The position numbers and the translations under genes were made by a program. Shown here one piece after another: positions 23,122-36,300 of a stretch of DNA of 64,000 bases (position 1 is its first letter; the number at the start of each line of letters is the position of its first letter). The notes beneath the pieces are model-generated. The model saw only the letters and a program-made list of their open reading frames with translations, ran no database searches and had not been told where the DNA came from. This DNA comes from Zootoca vivipara. Taxonomy: Eukaryota. Location: assembly GCF_963506605.1 (NCBI RefSeq), contig NC_083288.1:27776001-27840000 (forward strand), read 5' to 3'.

Positions 23122-25880
23122 TGGAAGGAATACATGTTTTCCATATCTTTTTCAAGATGTGGCTGAAACAATCTCATGAATCCATAACATGGGGCGGGCA
23201 AGACAGAGTGGTGGTGCTACTGGTTTCTCCAGGATGGGGATGGAGTTGTGTGGTGGAGAAATTAGGGGAACTCCAGCTTTGCAGTAACATCCAATAAGTA
23301 TGTGCATATATGTGGGATGTCACCAATCTAGAGTTGCCCAGCCTTTGCCCCTGCCTCACCTAATCCCAATACCATGCTGACATAAAAAAAGGTGTAACTC
23401 CACTTCTCACTCACTGGTTATGAGTTCACATGAAGCATTGCCAAAAACTGTAGGACTTCACTGCACATCCTTTTTTACTTTCCAAAATGAAGTTTTATAA
23501 CAACTTTAGAAAATAATAAAGCAAAAACAAACTGATTCAGAAATGTAGAGAAATGAAGACTGGCAAATGGGAAACTGAACAAACATGAAATATATTCCCT
23601 AACCCATACTGGATTATTGATGATGATGATGATGATGATGATGACATTAGATTCCCCCATCTTTTCTCAAATTTGACACAGCTTGACATTTTGCAAATTT
23701 TCAGCTGGTCTTAATACAATGATTTCCTAATTTTTTAAATGTGATTTTATTTAACAAGACTTGTATACTGCTTGGCCAAAAACCAACAATCTCAAGCCTA
23801 TTTACATAAAATGCTATCAAAAGGTCTAACATGGCTGGAAACATTTTGGGTTGTATCCAAACTTAGTCATGCTTACAAAAGATCCACTAAACTTAAGGAT
23901 ATTTAAGGATTATTTCTTTGGGTCTGTTCTAAGCACAGCTACATCTGGACCTAACACTTTACAAATATAGACCAATGGCGTAATCCTATGGCAATATTTG
24001 AAGAACTGGACAAGAAATACATAGATAAATAAGTTCCCATAAATATCAAGCATAATATGCAATATTGATTCTTTTTCTTTCTTTCATAGTAATGGGATTG
24101 AAACCTGGATTGCCCCACACCCTGGATATCTGGGTCGCAATAAAATGTGTCCGCCTTACACACAAACTTTGGCCATGTTTTATGAGGAATGAGTATATGT
24201 ATTGGGGCCTATAACTCTAGGACTTCATTAACTATGCCTTTGAGCAATCTGCTATTAGTCCCTTTAATTAGCTGATGTTTGCAATTGGGAAGTTGGCGTA
24301 GATGTTTATTAAAGACTGAGAATTGGAATTACAGTTTCTTTACAATTAAAATGAACATTGGAGAACTGTTACAGCAATATATGCTTTCATAAAGTAAGAG
24401 GACAATATTTGGTAGTTATTTGGAAAAAGTTTACACAAGAAACAAATGTTTGTAAGATTAGCTGCAACTTCTAATTATAGGACGAATCCTCATCATACTG
24501 AGTAATTGGCAAACCTCCCTTTAATTGTAAACCCTCCCAATTGTATTCCACTCTTCAAATTCAGTTGTTTATTATGAGTCCAGTGTAGCCTGTTGAAATT
24601 GGTGTCTTGGGGCTTTATTTGACAAAGTCTCTGAGGTTACGGGCCTTGTGTGTTTGTGGCAACATAAAGTTGTTACCTTCTGACTTAATTAATCCTTAAT
24701 TGCTCTCTTCTTATTTAATTGGCTGATTAGGACATAGGTTGTGCCGCCTGCACAAAGGTAGTAGATTTCTTATTACGTTTACATGGAACAGAATTGTTTG
24801 TTTTTCATTTAAACATATTAAAATGCTATGAACAAATGTATTCTGAATGAAACTGGAAGAAACGATAAAATTATTTTCCAGGTCATCCATCCATCCATTC
24901 ATCCACACATAAGAAAGAAGTTGATTTCATCAGTGGTTTAATCATAAATCTTTGAAGCACAGAATCTTGACATAACAGTCCCCCATCCACATCCCCAAGG
25001 GGAATTTAAAATGCAGGCAACTATGATGATCCAGATGCTTGTGGTGTGTGTGTGCCTGTCTCTCTGTGTGTGTCTGTGTCTATCCTAAAGAACAGCTGTA
25101 CATCACACAATGTGTCCAGCTGTTAGGGTCAGCTAACAGACACAGAACAGTGATCTGGAAAATGATTGTTATGTCTTTGTCCATTGGACTTTGGCTACAG
25201 AAAAACCTGGATTCCTATCCTCAATTGGCCATAAAGTTCACTGGCCTGACTTTGTCAGTGTCTAGATGTAGCCTGTCACAGAGGGTTATTATGAGAAATC
25301 CACTATGTTGACCACTTCTGTGGTCAAGGTGCTTTGGATGTCCTGTGTGGTTAGACCCCGGTAGTCAAAGGCCTCATGGGATTATCTGGAAGTCTCCACA
25401 GTATCACTGGACTTCTGAGAAATGTGGGGCTGCCTGGCGTATAAAAGGTGGTCCAATTCACAACAGTAGCCCTACTCGAATCAAGAATTCCATATTCACC
25501 CTCCCTTGGCGTTAGGTCTTTTGCTGGTAATATGTCTGGTGACTGGTTGTCAGAGATGGATTTTTTTTATTCACACCTGATTGGCCTTGGGAGCTGAAGA
25601 TTTTGTAAAATAGGTGTATAAATTGGTTGCCTTTGACACTTATGCAACTTCACTGGTCACTGTTAGAATTTTGCTTTGCAGTCCCTGTACGTGCATATGC
25701 AGACCATCCCAGTGACCAGTTTACGTGGTTGAGCTGGTAATTAGTTGTGCCCCTTGAGCTGCCATTTTGCACTTAGCTCCTGAAGGTAACCTAAAAGTTG
25801 CTTAGCTCTTATATAGTACACATGTTGCCATCTGACAGGCTGAGAGGGCTCATTTTGAATGGTTCATATTAAACTGTAGG

Positions 25881-26018
25881 CAGTGCTATTTTTCTAGTAA
25901 ACCAGGTGCCAGAACTCACCATGAACACCTTCCTCATTCTCTGAGAATGGCAATGGCACCCACCTGAGAGGTGCCGGAACTGAGTCCCAGTGAGTTCTGG
26001 CTAATGAAAGCCAGCCTG
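25881..26018. mobile_element. hAT-like MITE, degenerate
   Basis: CAGTGCTATTTTTCTAG start, internal AGGTGCC(A/G)GAACT repeats; TSD not clear. Confidence 0.45.
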
Positions 26019-26300
26019 CTGCTTTCTAACACATATTTAATGTAAAGAACAGATAAATGCAGGCCCGTTAAAACAGTGAAGAACCATGGCCACAAGATTG
26101 AGTTTGACAGGTAGGTTAGTGTAGGGAGTTGAATGAGCTTTGATGGGATGGGGATTGAAGGGGCTGGGGGATCGAAGGAAGGGGGGTTGAAGGAGCTGGA
26201 GAGGTGGAGGGTATGTGAGGGGTGGAGGAGCTGAAGGAGCTGCAAGAGCTGGGGATTGACGGAACTGCAAGGGTATCAGAGGGTTGACAGAGTTGTGAGG

Positions 26301-27092
26301 GAAGGGAGAACGTTTTAAAAATGCAATATAGGTGGCATCTTACCCCGGCGAAACTGGCGAAAATATACAAAGGAAATGATAATACATGCTGGAGGTGTCA
26401 TGAGGAGGTGGGCTCGTATATACATATATGGTGGCAATGCAAAATGATCAGGGAATTTTGGGATAAGATCTATATAGAAATGAAAAAAATATTGAAATAT
26501 TCTTTTAAAAAAGTTCCCAAATTATTTTTGCTAGGAATGTTAAGTGAAGACATAAAGAAAAAAGACAGGTGCCTAACAATGTATGCTACTGCATCAGCCA
26601 GACTTCTGACTGCTAAAAATTGGAAAAGTGATTTAATTCCGAAAATAGAAGATTGGCAAATTAAATTGATAAGATATCAAAACATGGCAAGGAAAATAGG
26701 AGAAAGCAAAGGGATATCAAAGCAGAAAATTTATCAAGATTGGAAGAAATTTGATGAATACAAAGCAAAAATTGTGGAAAATGCTGATGTTTTAGCAAAC
26801 AGGTGAAGGGCTCAGGAAAAACAAACAGAATGAAGTTAATATGCAAAAAGGCATACAAAAGAAATTTGGATACATAAACCGAAATAGAGAATAGGCTTTA
26901 AGTTAGCACAGGGTGGAGGGGGGTGGAGGGTGAGTAAGGGGTATCTTTCTTTTTGTTAGCAAATATCATTTTTATCTGAATTTGTATTTTTGAGTTTGTA
27001 CTTTGTAAATGAATTTGATTTGAGTTTGTATTTGACTTTTGTAAAATTATTGAAGAATTTAAAAAAATAAGAAAAAAATATTTTTTTAAAAA
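26301..27092 (+). mobile_element. 5'-truncated L1-clade LINE
   Basis: ORF2 C-terminus (26321-26806, CWRC..HIWWQC); G-rich 3' UTR; perfect 15-bp TSD GACAGAGTTGTGAGG (26286-26300, 27093-27107). Confidence 0.93.
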
Positions 27093-27120
27093 GACAGAGT
27101 TGTGAGGAGATGGCGGTTGA

Positions 27121-27726
27121 AGGTAAAAAAAGGTAAAGGTAAAGGATCCCTGGACAATTAAGTCCAGTCAAAGGCAACTATGGGGTGCAGCACTCATCTT
27201 GCTTTCAGGCTGAGGGAGCCGGTGTTTGTCCACAGGCAGCTTTCCGGGTCATGTGGCCAGCATGACTAAACTACTTCTGGAGCAACAGAATATTGTGACG
27301 GAAACCAGAGCGTACAGAAACTCTGTTCACCTTCCTGCCGCAGCAGTACCTATTTATCTTCGTGCACTGGCATGCTTTCAAACTGCTAGGTTGGCAGAAG
27401 CTGGGACAGAGCAATGGGATCAGGGCCGGCCCTACGTGCAGGCTGGGTGGCGCAGGGCACCATGGCGCCGGCCCGCCAGGAGGGTGCCGCGAGCTGCGCC
27501 CACCCGCTGGCCGGCCGGTCCGCCGCGCAGCAGCGCCTGCGGCGCCCACCCGCCCACTGCGCTGGGAAACGGGGCGGGAGGGCACCGGAGGGATCCAGCG
27601 CACCACGCAGCCAGGGGCGCTTAAGACGGCCCTGAATGGGAGCTCAATCCGTTGCGGGGATAGGAACTGCCAACCTTCTGATCGGCAAGCCCAATAGGCT
27701 CAGTGATTTAGGCCACAGCGCCACCT
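27121..27726 (-). mobile_element. Sauria SINE, interrupted by a MITE
   Basis: (AAAGGT)n tail, CCGGGTCATGTGGCCAGCATGACT core, ends CACAGCGCCACC. Confidence 0.85.
27421..27634. mobile_element. 214-bp hAT-type MITE, same termini as 22184-22301
   Basis: CAGGGCCGGCCCTACG..TTAAGACGGCCCTG; TSD AATGGGAT / AATGGGAG. Confidence 0.9.
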
Positions 27727-28180
27727 GATCAGAGAGGGGATGGTGTATTTTGGCAAGGTGTAAAGAAAAGGGCTTTGATTATGGTGGGGGCAGGCCAGGT
27801 TGGCAAGCAATGCGAGCAAGGGTGGTAGCCCCAGTAGTGTCTATATCAACAATGCACACATTTCTTCACATAGTAATCTTGAATATAGCTGGAGGATCAT
27901 ATGGTGGAAAGATTGAACAGAACAAGCAACTGTTTGATCCTAGATGAATAAATATTAAGTAGTATCTGCTGTAAACAGTACCAATAATACTTAATAACAA
28001 TTATGGTGAATAGTAGTAAGCAACTAAAAGAACAGGATGGAGCCTCTAGTGTCCATTGTAGCCATTTGAAGATTTGAATGTGGCAGAGGATCAATGATTT
28101 TTTTCAACCCATCAAAGGAATATATATGTATGATTTTTCTTGGAGATCCTAAACAATTAATCACAGTTATCTCTCTAGAG

Positions 28181-29032
28181 CACGGGTGTCAAACACAAGG
28201 CCCGGGGGCCAAATCCGGCCCGCCAGACCTCATCATGTGGCCCGCCAAGCGCCCCAGCCAGCGGGACCCAGCAGCGGGACCTTGCTGCTGAAGCGCCGCA
28301 CCGACAAAGCGCCGACAAACAGCTGGGGCCGGGGGGGGGTAGAAAGGCGGCCGGAGCAGCGCTGCGTGGAGCGCCCCGAGCCACAGCAGGAGAAGGAGGA
28401 GGCAGCTTGCCGGGTCAGCGCCCGGCAGTGCCGCACAGAGAGTCCCGAGCTTCTGCGACGCAGCAGTGCTCTGTAGCACTTTGAATCCTCCTCCTCCTGC
28501 CACGGCTCGGCGCCTGGAAACGGCTGCTGCTGCTGCTGCTGCTGAAGCACAGACAAAGCACCCAGCAGCGCCATGTGGAGGAGGAGGATTCAAAGTGCTA
28601 CAGAGCACTGCTGCGTCCTAGAGGCTTGGCACTCTCCGCACGGTGCTGCCGGGCACCGACCCGGGAAGCCGCCTCCTCCTCCTTCTCTTGCCTCACGTGA
28701 GCTCAGCAGCGGCTCAGCCTCACGAACGTGCAACTCTGAGGCTTTACACACTTCTCCTAAAACGGACACCCGCTGTCTCACGCTGCACGGGAAATGCTTT
28801 TTGCCCGTGGGTCCCTTCGCGCTCTTTTCTGGCGCTGAATCAAGGCGGCGACCGCCCCCCCTTCCCTTTCTTTCTTCCTCTCTCTCGTTCTTATTCTTTC
28901 TTTCCCTCTCCTTCCTTCCTTCTTTATCTCTGTCTTCTCTCCCTCTTTCTTTTTCTTTCCTTCTTTATTCCTTCTTTCCTACTCTTCTTTCTCTCACCTC
29001 TTTCCTTCCTCTCTCCCTCCTGCTCCCTCTTT

Positions 29033-29094
<62 letters not shown>

Positions 29095-29818
29095 TTCCTT
29101 TCTTCCTTCCGTCCTTCCCATCTTTCTTCCTCTCCCTCATTCTTATTCTTTCTTTCCCTCTACTTCCTTCCTTCTTTCTCCCTTTCCGTCTTCTCTCCCT
29201 CTTTCTTTTTCTTTCCTTCTTTATTCCCTTCCTTATTTCCTACTCTTCTTTCTCTCCCTCTTTCCTTCCTTCCTTTGTCTCTCCCTCCCACTCCCTCTTT
29301 TCTTCCTCCCTTCCTCCCTTCCCTCCCTCTCCCTCTCCTCAGAAACATAGGATGCTGCTTTATACTTAAACCCTGACCCTTAAACCCTGGAACCAGGAGA
29401 GCAGCTCCAGTGAGTCAACCTCAGCCAGTCCCTTTGGTGAAGGGTGGTGGCTCACTGGCAGAACATCTGTCCTGCATGCAGAAGGACCCCAGCATCTCCA
29501 GGTACTAGTAGCTCTGCAAAGGTCCTGCATGAAATCCTAGCAAGCCTCCACCACCCAGTGCAGTTACCAAAAATCATTTTTCAATAAATTGTACAATAAT
29601 TGTACATTTGAATATCTACTTGCCATTACTCTGACTATGTTTCTGCTTTCAGAGCTAGTTATTACTTACATTATTACAAAAAACAGTAATAATTGAATGC
29701 AGTGACAATAATTTATGATAATAAAGAGTGGACACATAGTCCTACAGATACAACCGGCCCTTTGAGGGTGACCAAACTGCTGATGCGGCCCCCGATGAAT
29801 TTGAGTTTGACACCCCTG
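28181..29818 (-). mobile_element. Non-autonomous hAT DNA transposon, copy 2 (same family as 7918-9285)
   Basis: CACGGGTGTCAAAC / GTTTGACACCCCTG termini; perfect TSD CTCTAGAG (28173-28180, 29819-29826). Confidence 0.93.
28860..29340. repeat. CT-rich low-complexity tract with (TTTC)n microsatellite
   Basis: Direct sequence; inside hAT copy 2. Confidence 0.9.
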
Positions 29819-30834
29819 CTCTAGAGGGTCAATCTCAACAGATGCAAGAAAGGTTGAAAAGCGACTATGGGAAAGGATATGGTGATGATTCTTCCAAACA
29901 GCCTGCATTCCCTGATAAAGGAAAGGTAGAAATCCTCACACTAGGGTGCATTTTAATAACCCTACCCTTCTAGCTTATTAGTAGTAGGTTTCCTGACCAC
30001 ATTTGCCTTGGTGTACCATAGATATCATCAATTTTTGAATAGCGAGGAACAGATGGAGCACAGAAAGCTCTGTGCATTTATAAAGGTGTTATTTTGTAGA
30101 CAACATGGGGTATTAATTTTGGGTTGTATATGACATAGGATATTCTACTGCAATGATTTCAGTTGTGTAGCATAGACTTTTCAGAAAATGTAGATGTTTG
30201 TACTGGTACTGATAGATTATTTTAGTGTCCTACCCAACTATCTGTTTAGAATGGAAAATACACCATTTGTCTCATTCTTCATATGTCACTAAGCCCAAAA
30301 TAATTAAGTCAAGTATCTTAGTATTTGTGTTTCTCCCACAGCTCATCTTGGAACATCCACTTGGAACATCCACTAGCATACTAGTGGGAGAAGGTAACAC
30401 AGGAGTACTGCAGGAGACTGTATGGCTTGGACATAGGCTAATGCTGTAGTCTGATACCCTCTTACCTGTGAGCATAGATAAGCATAGGATTTCAGTGTTA
30501 GTGAGTCCCTCAAGCCTTGATATAAATTATATCAATTATGTGTTTCTGAGGTGGAATGCACATCTACATAGTTCCTGGAAATAGCCAGCATTTCTGACGC
30601 TAGAATACATAGTGGTTTCTGCTTCGGAACACATTTGACTGAACTGTGACCGTTTTGTCCTTCACTCCTCTGCCTAATCACTCTTGGTGGATGTACACTG
30701 TGGTAAGTATTTTCTAGTCATCATGATGTCAGGTAGTGAAACAACTAATATTGGTTATTTATGTATTTATTTATTATTATTTATCAAAATTCTTTTTCCG
30801 TCCTTCATCTTAGGATCACAGGGTGATTTACAAT

Positions 30835-31246
30835 TGTTGTTGTTTAGTCGTTTAGTTGTGTCCGACTCTTCGTGACCCCATGGACCATAGCACGCCAGGC
30901 ACTCCTGTCTTGCACTGCCTCCCACAGTTTGGTCAAACTCATGTTAGTAGCTTCAAGAACACTGTCCAACCATCTCGTCCTCTGTCATCCCCTTCTCTTA
31001 GTGCCCTCAATCTTTCCCAACATCAGGGTCTTTTCCAGGGAGTCTTCTCTTCTCATGAGGTGGCCAAAGTATTAGAGCCTCAGCTTCACGATCTGTCCTT
31101 CCAGTGAGCACTCAGGGCTGATTTCCTTCAGACTGGATAGCTTTGATCTTCTTGCAGTCCACGGGACTCTCAAGAGTCTCCTCCAGCACCATAATTCAAA
31201 AGCATCAATTCTTCGGCGATCAGCCTTCTTTATGGTCCAGCTCTCA
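30835..31246 (-). mobile_element. Bov-B (RTE) LINE 3' fragment
   Basis: Minus-strand ESWTIKKADRRRIDAFELWCWRRLLRVPWTARRS; (CAA)n tail. Confidence 0.9.
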
Positions 31247-31564
31247 ATATAATACAATATAAGAACACACAATATATACCATAGTATCAAACAAAAAATT
31301 ACCCCTCATTTAAAATGCCATAGATTATTTAAATAGCCAGGTGAGCCTTCCTGGGAGAGTTATGGACATGAGGCATATGACACATGCTGGTTTTAATGTA
31401 TGTATTGTTGTGAACTTGGAGGGTTAGCCTGCATGGTGCCTGAGTCCCTTCTAGTTTCTGGGGTTCTGGGTCCTGCAAGTGTTAAAAAATTTAATGGAGA
31501 ATTGCACTGTTCAATCAGCCATGCAAGATTCTTGTTGAGTTATTGGCCATGAGTATGGTCATTA

Positions 31565-31758
31565 GTATTTGTCCATGGAGTTTTCTTGGCAGGGATACTG
31601 GAGTGGCTTGCCAGGTCCTTCTCCAGGTGGATCACGTTTAGTCAAAACTCTCCACTATGACCTATCCATCTTGGGTGGCCCTGCATGGCATAGCTCATAG
31701 CTTCTCTGAGTTATTCAAGCCCCTTCGCCACGACAAGGCATTGATCCATGAAGGGGAT
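31565..31758 (-). mobile_element. Bov-B 5'-region fragment
   Basis: GATACTGGAGTGGCTTGCCA..CCTTCTCCAG..TCTTGGGTGGCCCTGCATGGCATAGCTCATAGCTTC, recognised from memory. Confidence 0.7.
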
Positions 31759-31995
31759 AACAAATGAGTATAACAAATGAAGTGGCTCTGTGCTAGAGAG
31801 TACATGGGGGGACCCCCCATGGGCCTCCCTCTCACCTCAGCTGGTAGTGAGGAAAAACAAAGACCAGGGCAGTTGATTGTGTATGAGCTGGGCTAGATGC
31901 AGACAAAAGCCAGAGAGTGAGAGCCATGTTTGTTTGCCGTTTGATCCCAAGGCTGTGAATATGGGAGAAGGGTGCTTAGGCTCAGGTTGTATATA

Positions 31996-32421
31996 CAGTG
32001 GAACCTCGGTTTATGAACACCTCGGTTTATAAATTTTCAGTTTACCAACACCGCGGACCCATCTGGAACGGATTAATTCACTTTCCATTACTTTCAATGG
32101 GGAAGTTTGCTTCAGTTTATGAACGCTTCAGTTTATGAACAGACTTCCGGAACCAATTACACCCATGCTTCGGGTTAAGTACGCTTCAGATTGAGTACTC
32201 CGCAGACCCGTCTGGATCGGATTAATCCACTTTCCATTACTTTCAATGGGAAAGTTCGCTTCAGTTTATGAACGCTTCAGTTTAAGTACTCCGCGGACCG
32301 TCTGGAACAGATTAATCCACTTTCCATTACTTTCAATGGGAAAGTTCGCTTCAGTTTATGATGCTTCAGTTTATGAACAGACTTCCGGAACCAATTGTGT
32401 TCATAAACCGAGGTACCACTG
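31996..32421. mobile_element. Tigger/pogo-like MITE with three internal ~80-bp repeats
   Basis: TA-CAGTGGAACCTCGGTTTATGAAC / GTTCATAAACCGAGGTACCACTG-TA. Confidence 0.92.
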
Positions 32422-33071
32422 TATGTGAAAATAAACCCACCATCGTCTCTGCTGTCCCTCATTCCAAGGAAACCAAATCCTGGGTAAGTGCCTCGAACTC
32501 CTGGAATCTCGCACCTTTCAGAGATTGGGGTACCATGTCGCAGTATGCATTGAGGGGTTCCCCCCCTAAAATACTGTAAATTGTTTTGAGTTGTCATGGC
32601 AAAAAGCAACTAATAAATGTAAATAATGACGATTCAATTGAAACTCCAAAAATCACATTACTTTCATATTTTCTAAATGGGGAGCAGGGTTTGTATCTTA
32701 TTCCTCTTAGCTTAAAATCATTAGGAAGTGCCAAGTGGTATGTATTTTTGCTTGCGCATTTCTAAAACATTAGCTGCTTCACGTGACCAGCTTAGATTTC
32801 TTGTTCTTGTCTGTGTCTGGAGTGAAGGAAAGTCTTCCGCTAGGACTGGTAAGGTGAGCTTACACCGAATATTGCCTGTGCTGCAAAGCGCTTGAGAATT
32901 CCTACACCTAGCTCCTTCAAACAGAGGAATGGGCTCTTTTTATATATATTATTCTTAAAAATGAAGCATTTTGCTTTTTAATAAAATCCTGCTGTTCTGC
33001 TTTAACAACAATATCATCCAGAACTGTTTGGTGCTCTGCAGGCAACGTTTTGGACAGCTTTGTTTTTTGTG

Positions 33072-34130
33072 TGTCAAGGCTTACCAGAAATTACCCTTAA
33101 AATAACTCACAACAGACATGAAAATTTTGGTTTGGTTTTTGGCATTAATTTAGGCCACAACTTTATTTAAATACAATTTTAATCCGAGTGTTGGCTTAGG
33201 CTTTTGGTTAACCATTCGTCCTTCCCTAAGAAGGACCATCTCCATCTGTCCATTGTGGACAGGACTCAACTCATCTGTCCACTTGGGACAGGACTCAATC
33301 ATCTGTCCCCTTTTGGACAGGACTCACATCATCTGCCCCCCTCTTGGGGCAGGACTCACTTCATCTGTCCACTTGGGACAGGACTCACCACTGTCCGCTT
33401 GGACAGTACCAGCTCCGACTTCCTGAAGGGAAGTCAAGTGAACACCCCTGGGAGAGGAGGTAGCTGAGGCCAGGCATTCTCTCCTCTCCTTTTCCAAGAA
33501 TGTTCCCCAAGGCTCTTACTCTAATAATTGGCCCCTCCATCCCGCCTATGGCGGGGATGTAAGGACAAGAGCGTAAGCCCCCGGATTCCTTTAACGGAAT
33601 ACTTCTATGTGGAGCAACAAAGGTGGGGGGGGGGGTAGGCATCTGGATGCCACACCCCTCTTCCAACCGATTCACCAACCAAAAGCCTAACCACCAACCT
33701 AACAAGTTCTGACAATTTGCTAAGCGGTAGGCGAAAACCAAGAGGCAAAGCCAATCAGCCAATTGGAAAAATTCCTACTGGGCCCCTGAATACAGGCGAC
33801 CCCTAGAGAGGCAAAACAATGCCAGGCTAAAACCTGCAAAAGAAAGCGGCGGGTGGGAGGGAGATTGAACGCCAATGCAAAAGTGTTCAGAAAATGGAGG
33901 ACACAATCTTAAATGGGGGCCCCCTCCACCAATCCCAATACATGCATTTAAATAACCACGCCCCCATTACTCAGCATGACCTGTGGCCTAGGCCCCAGCC
34001 CAAACCCTATATTAAATTTCTTAACAGCCCTACCACAGCCCGCTTTATATTAGATGATATAAAGCGCTTTGCCAAAGCCCACAGACATAGGGGGAAAGAG
34101 CTAAAAGGTGCAAAATAAAGCCTAAACTAC
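33072..34130 (-). mobile_element. LTR-like (solo LTR or DIRS/Ngaro-type) remnant, boundaries approximate
   Basis: Minus-strand AATAAAGTTGTGGCCTAA shared with 56586-57333; contains a hairpin minisatellite; no clear TSD. Confidence 0.45.
33243..33406. repeat. Six-unit ~29-bp palindromic minisatellite (CTGTCC-loop-GGACAG-GACTCA)
   Basis: Direct sequence. Confidence 0.9.
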
Positions 34131-34468
34131 AGTGATGAGAGACTTTGTGGGAGACCTGATCTGACTCAGGACACTGTATTGGCATCAGACTTCAATTTGA
34201 AGAGGCTTGAATTTGAGGCTTCAATTTGAAGTGCTCTCAAACACCCAACTTTGCTTCATTTTTCAGCCCCCTCCCAAGTGCTGCTGCATACCCCTACCAG
34301 GTGCAAAGTTTACTGTCATTATTCATTATCAACATGCATTTGGGTACCGTTTATTTACATTTTCTTTTCTTATTTAAATTATCTAGATGCAACCTGCTGT
34401 GGGGGAAAAAGATAGTTTTTCTGCATTGAGGGAAAAAGATCTTGATGATAATGCTTTGAACTATCAAC

Positions 34469-35413
34469 ATGGATGGTAGGAACCAGTCGTCTGTGTCTCA
34501 ATTCATTTTTGAGCCGTTAACTGATGTACATTCTATAAAGATCCTCCTATTCCTGCTGGTGCTGACTTTGTACCTTGTGATCTTGATGGGAAACACTTTC
34601 ATCATCGTTGCTACTTTAACCAATTCTGCTCTTCATTCCCCCATGTACTTCTTCCTTCGGAATTTATCTTTCTTGGAGATTGGTTACACCTCGACAATAA
34701 TCCCCAAATTGCTCTCAAATCTTGTGTCGGAAGACATGAGCATCTCATTCATTGGCTGTGCCACACAAATGTATTTCTTTAGTTCCCTTGGAATAGCAGA
34801 ATGTTGCTTGTTGGCCGCCATGGCATATGATCGCTACGTGGCGATATGTCACCCTTTGCATTACACAGTCATTATGAACAAGACCATTTGTCTGAAGATT
34901 TCTGTGGCCTGCTGGCTCATTGGAGTGCTGGTGGTTTTGGTACCAGTAACATTCATATTCACCCTACCTTTCTGTGGGCCCAACAGGATCAACCACTTCT
35001 TCTGTGACCTTCCACCACTTCTGAGTCTTGCCTGTTCAGACACTTTTAAGAATGAGATCATAATGTTCACTGTTACTGTAGTTTTCATAATGCTACCCTT
35101 TATGCTTATTCTCATCTCCTACACCCATATCCTCCTTACTATCATGAAGATGTCCTCTGCCACCAGCAGAAGCAAAGCCTTCTCCACTTGTTCTTCTCAC
35201 ATCACAGTGGTAACTCTGTTCTATGGAGCTGGAGTTTTAACATATTTAAGACCTAAGTCTGATTATTCAATGGAAACTGGCAGAGTGCTCTCATTTTTTT
35301 ACACTGTTGTGTGCCCTATGATGAACCCTTTAATCTATAGCCTCAGGAACAAAGAAGTGAAAGATTATCTGAAGAGGCTGATGGTCAGGAAAAAGCTTTT
35401 TTCTAGATTGTAA
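34469..35413 (+). CDS. Class II olfactory receptor (OR-6, 314 aa; OR10-like)
   Basis: LHSPMYFFL, MAYDRYVAIC, HFFCD, KAFSTCSSH, PMMNPLIYSLRN. Confidence 0.95.
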   Translation: MDGRNQSSVSQFIFEPLTDVHSIKILLFLLVLTLYLVILMGNTFIIVATLTNSALHSPMYFFLRNLSFLEIGYTSTIIPKLLSNLVSEDMSISFIGCATQMYFFSSLGIAECCLLAAMAYDRYVAICHPLHYTVIMNKTICLKISVACWLIGVLVVLVPVTFIFTLPFCGPNRINHFFCDLPPLLSLACSDTFKNEIIMFTVTVVFIMLPFMLILISYTHILLTIMKMSSATSRSKAFSTCSSHITVVTLFYGAGVLTYLRPKSDYSMETGRVLSFFYTVVCPMMNPLIYSLRNKEVKDYLKRLMVRKKLFSRL

Positions 35414-35689
35414 AGTTAATTCTACCTTTTCTTTACTATTCTAAGTCATACCTAAGTATTGTAGGTCCTTAGTATCTGTATGTATACAGAATTATACACA
35501 TTGTAAAAGGAAAGAAAAGGAGGAAACAAACAAAACAACACTGAAAGCAATGATAGAATCAAGGTGGAGAAAGTTTTTAAAATATAAAAATTGATTTCAG
35601 CCAGAGAGTTACGCAGGTGCTTGGTTTTTTGTTTTGTTTTGTTACGTCATTTAAACAAATGAGACATAAACTTGATTTGGTTTACCTGC

Positions 35690-36300
35690 AGTGTGCTCTA
35701 AATGAAATATACAACTCTCTCGCTACAACAACTCCACTGGTCTGTTTCTGAGGATGGTATGGGAACTTCAGTTGGTGCAGGCGACCAGGTTGCTCGCTGG
35801 AGCAACATGGTTTGAGCATAGTACACCAATCCTGCCCTAACTGCAGTGGCTGCCATTTAGTTTCAGGGTCCATAAAGCCTCAAATGGCTCAGAACGGCAA
35901 ATCCTCAAAGACCGTCTCTCATGTAAACCAACCCAGTCATCGTCTGATGCCCTTCTCTATGTGCCTTCTCCATTTGAGGTCCAGATGATGGCAACATGAG
36001 AGTGGACCTTTTCTGTGATGGTTCCCCATTTACAGAATACTCTCCCCAGGGAGGTTCAGCTGGCACCTTTATTATGCATCTTTCAGCACCAAGCAAAAAT
36101 GTTTCTCTTCCATCAGGTCTTTGGCTGACTAACAGTCTATATCCTTTTAAATGTGTTTGGGAAAGGGGGCATTATTTTGCTTTGTTTTTGCTCTTGTTTT
36201 TATTATGTACTTTGTAGTTTTAGTCTGCATTTTTATGCTGTGAACCACCCTGAGATCTTTGGATGAAGGGCAGTATACAAATTTAATAAATAAAATAAAA
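35690..36300 (+). mobile_element. L2 LINE 3' fragment
   Basis: Decayed ..TPIL..LQWLP..FR.. coding end; TGTGAACCACCCTGAG..GGGCAGTATACAAAT then (TAAA)n tail. Confidence 0.65.

Larger units (their letters stand above)
31406..32542 (+). mobile_element. Solo LTR containing a Bov-B fragment and a Tigger MITE
   Basis: TG..CA ends, 4-bp TSD GTAT (31402-31405, 32543-32546), AATAAA at about 32429. Confidence 0.6.

Noticed and set aside
26040-26300. G-rich purine-biased tract, possible old L2 coding fragment
   Set aside because: Too decayed to assign by eye
28573-29376. 267-aa and 235-aa Leu/Ser/Phe-rich ORFs
   Set aside because: Translation of a CT-rich low-complexity tract
33243-33406. CRISPR-like array
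   Set aside because: Eukaryotic context, no unique spacers and no cas genes; it is a hairpin minisatellite
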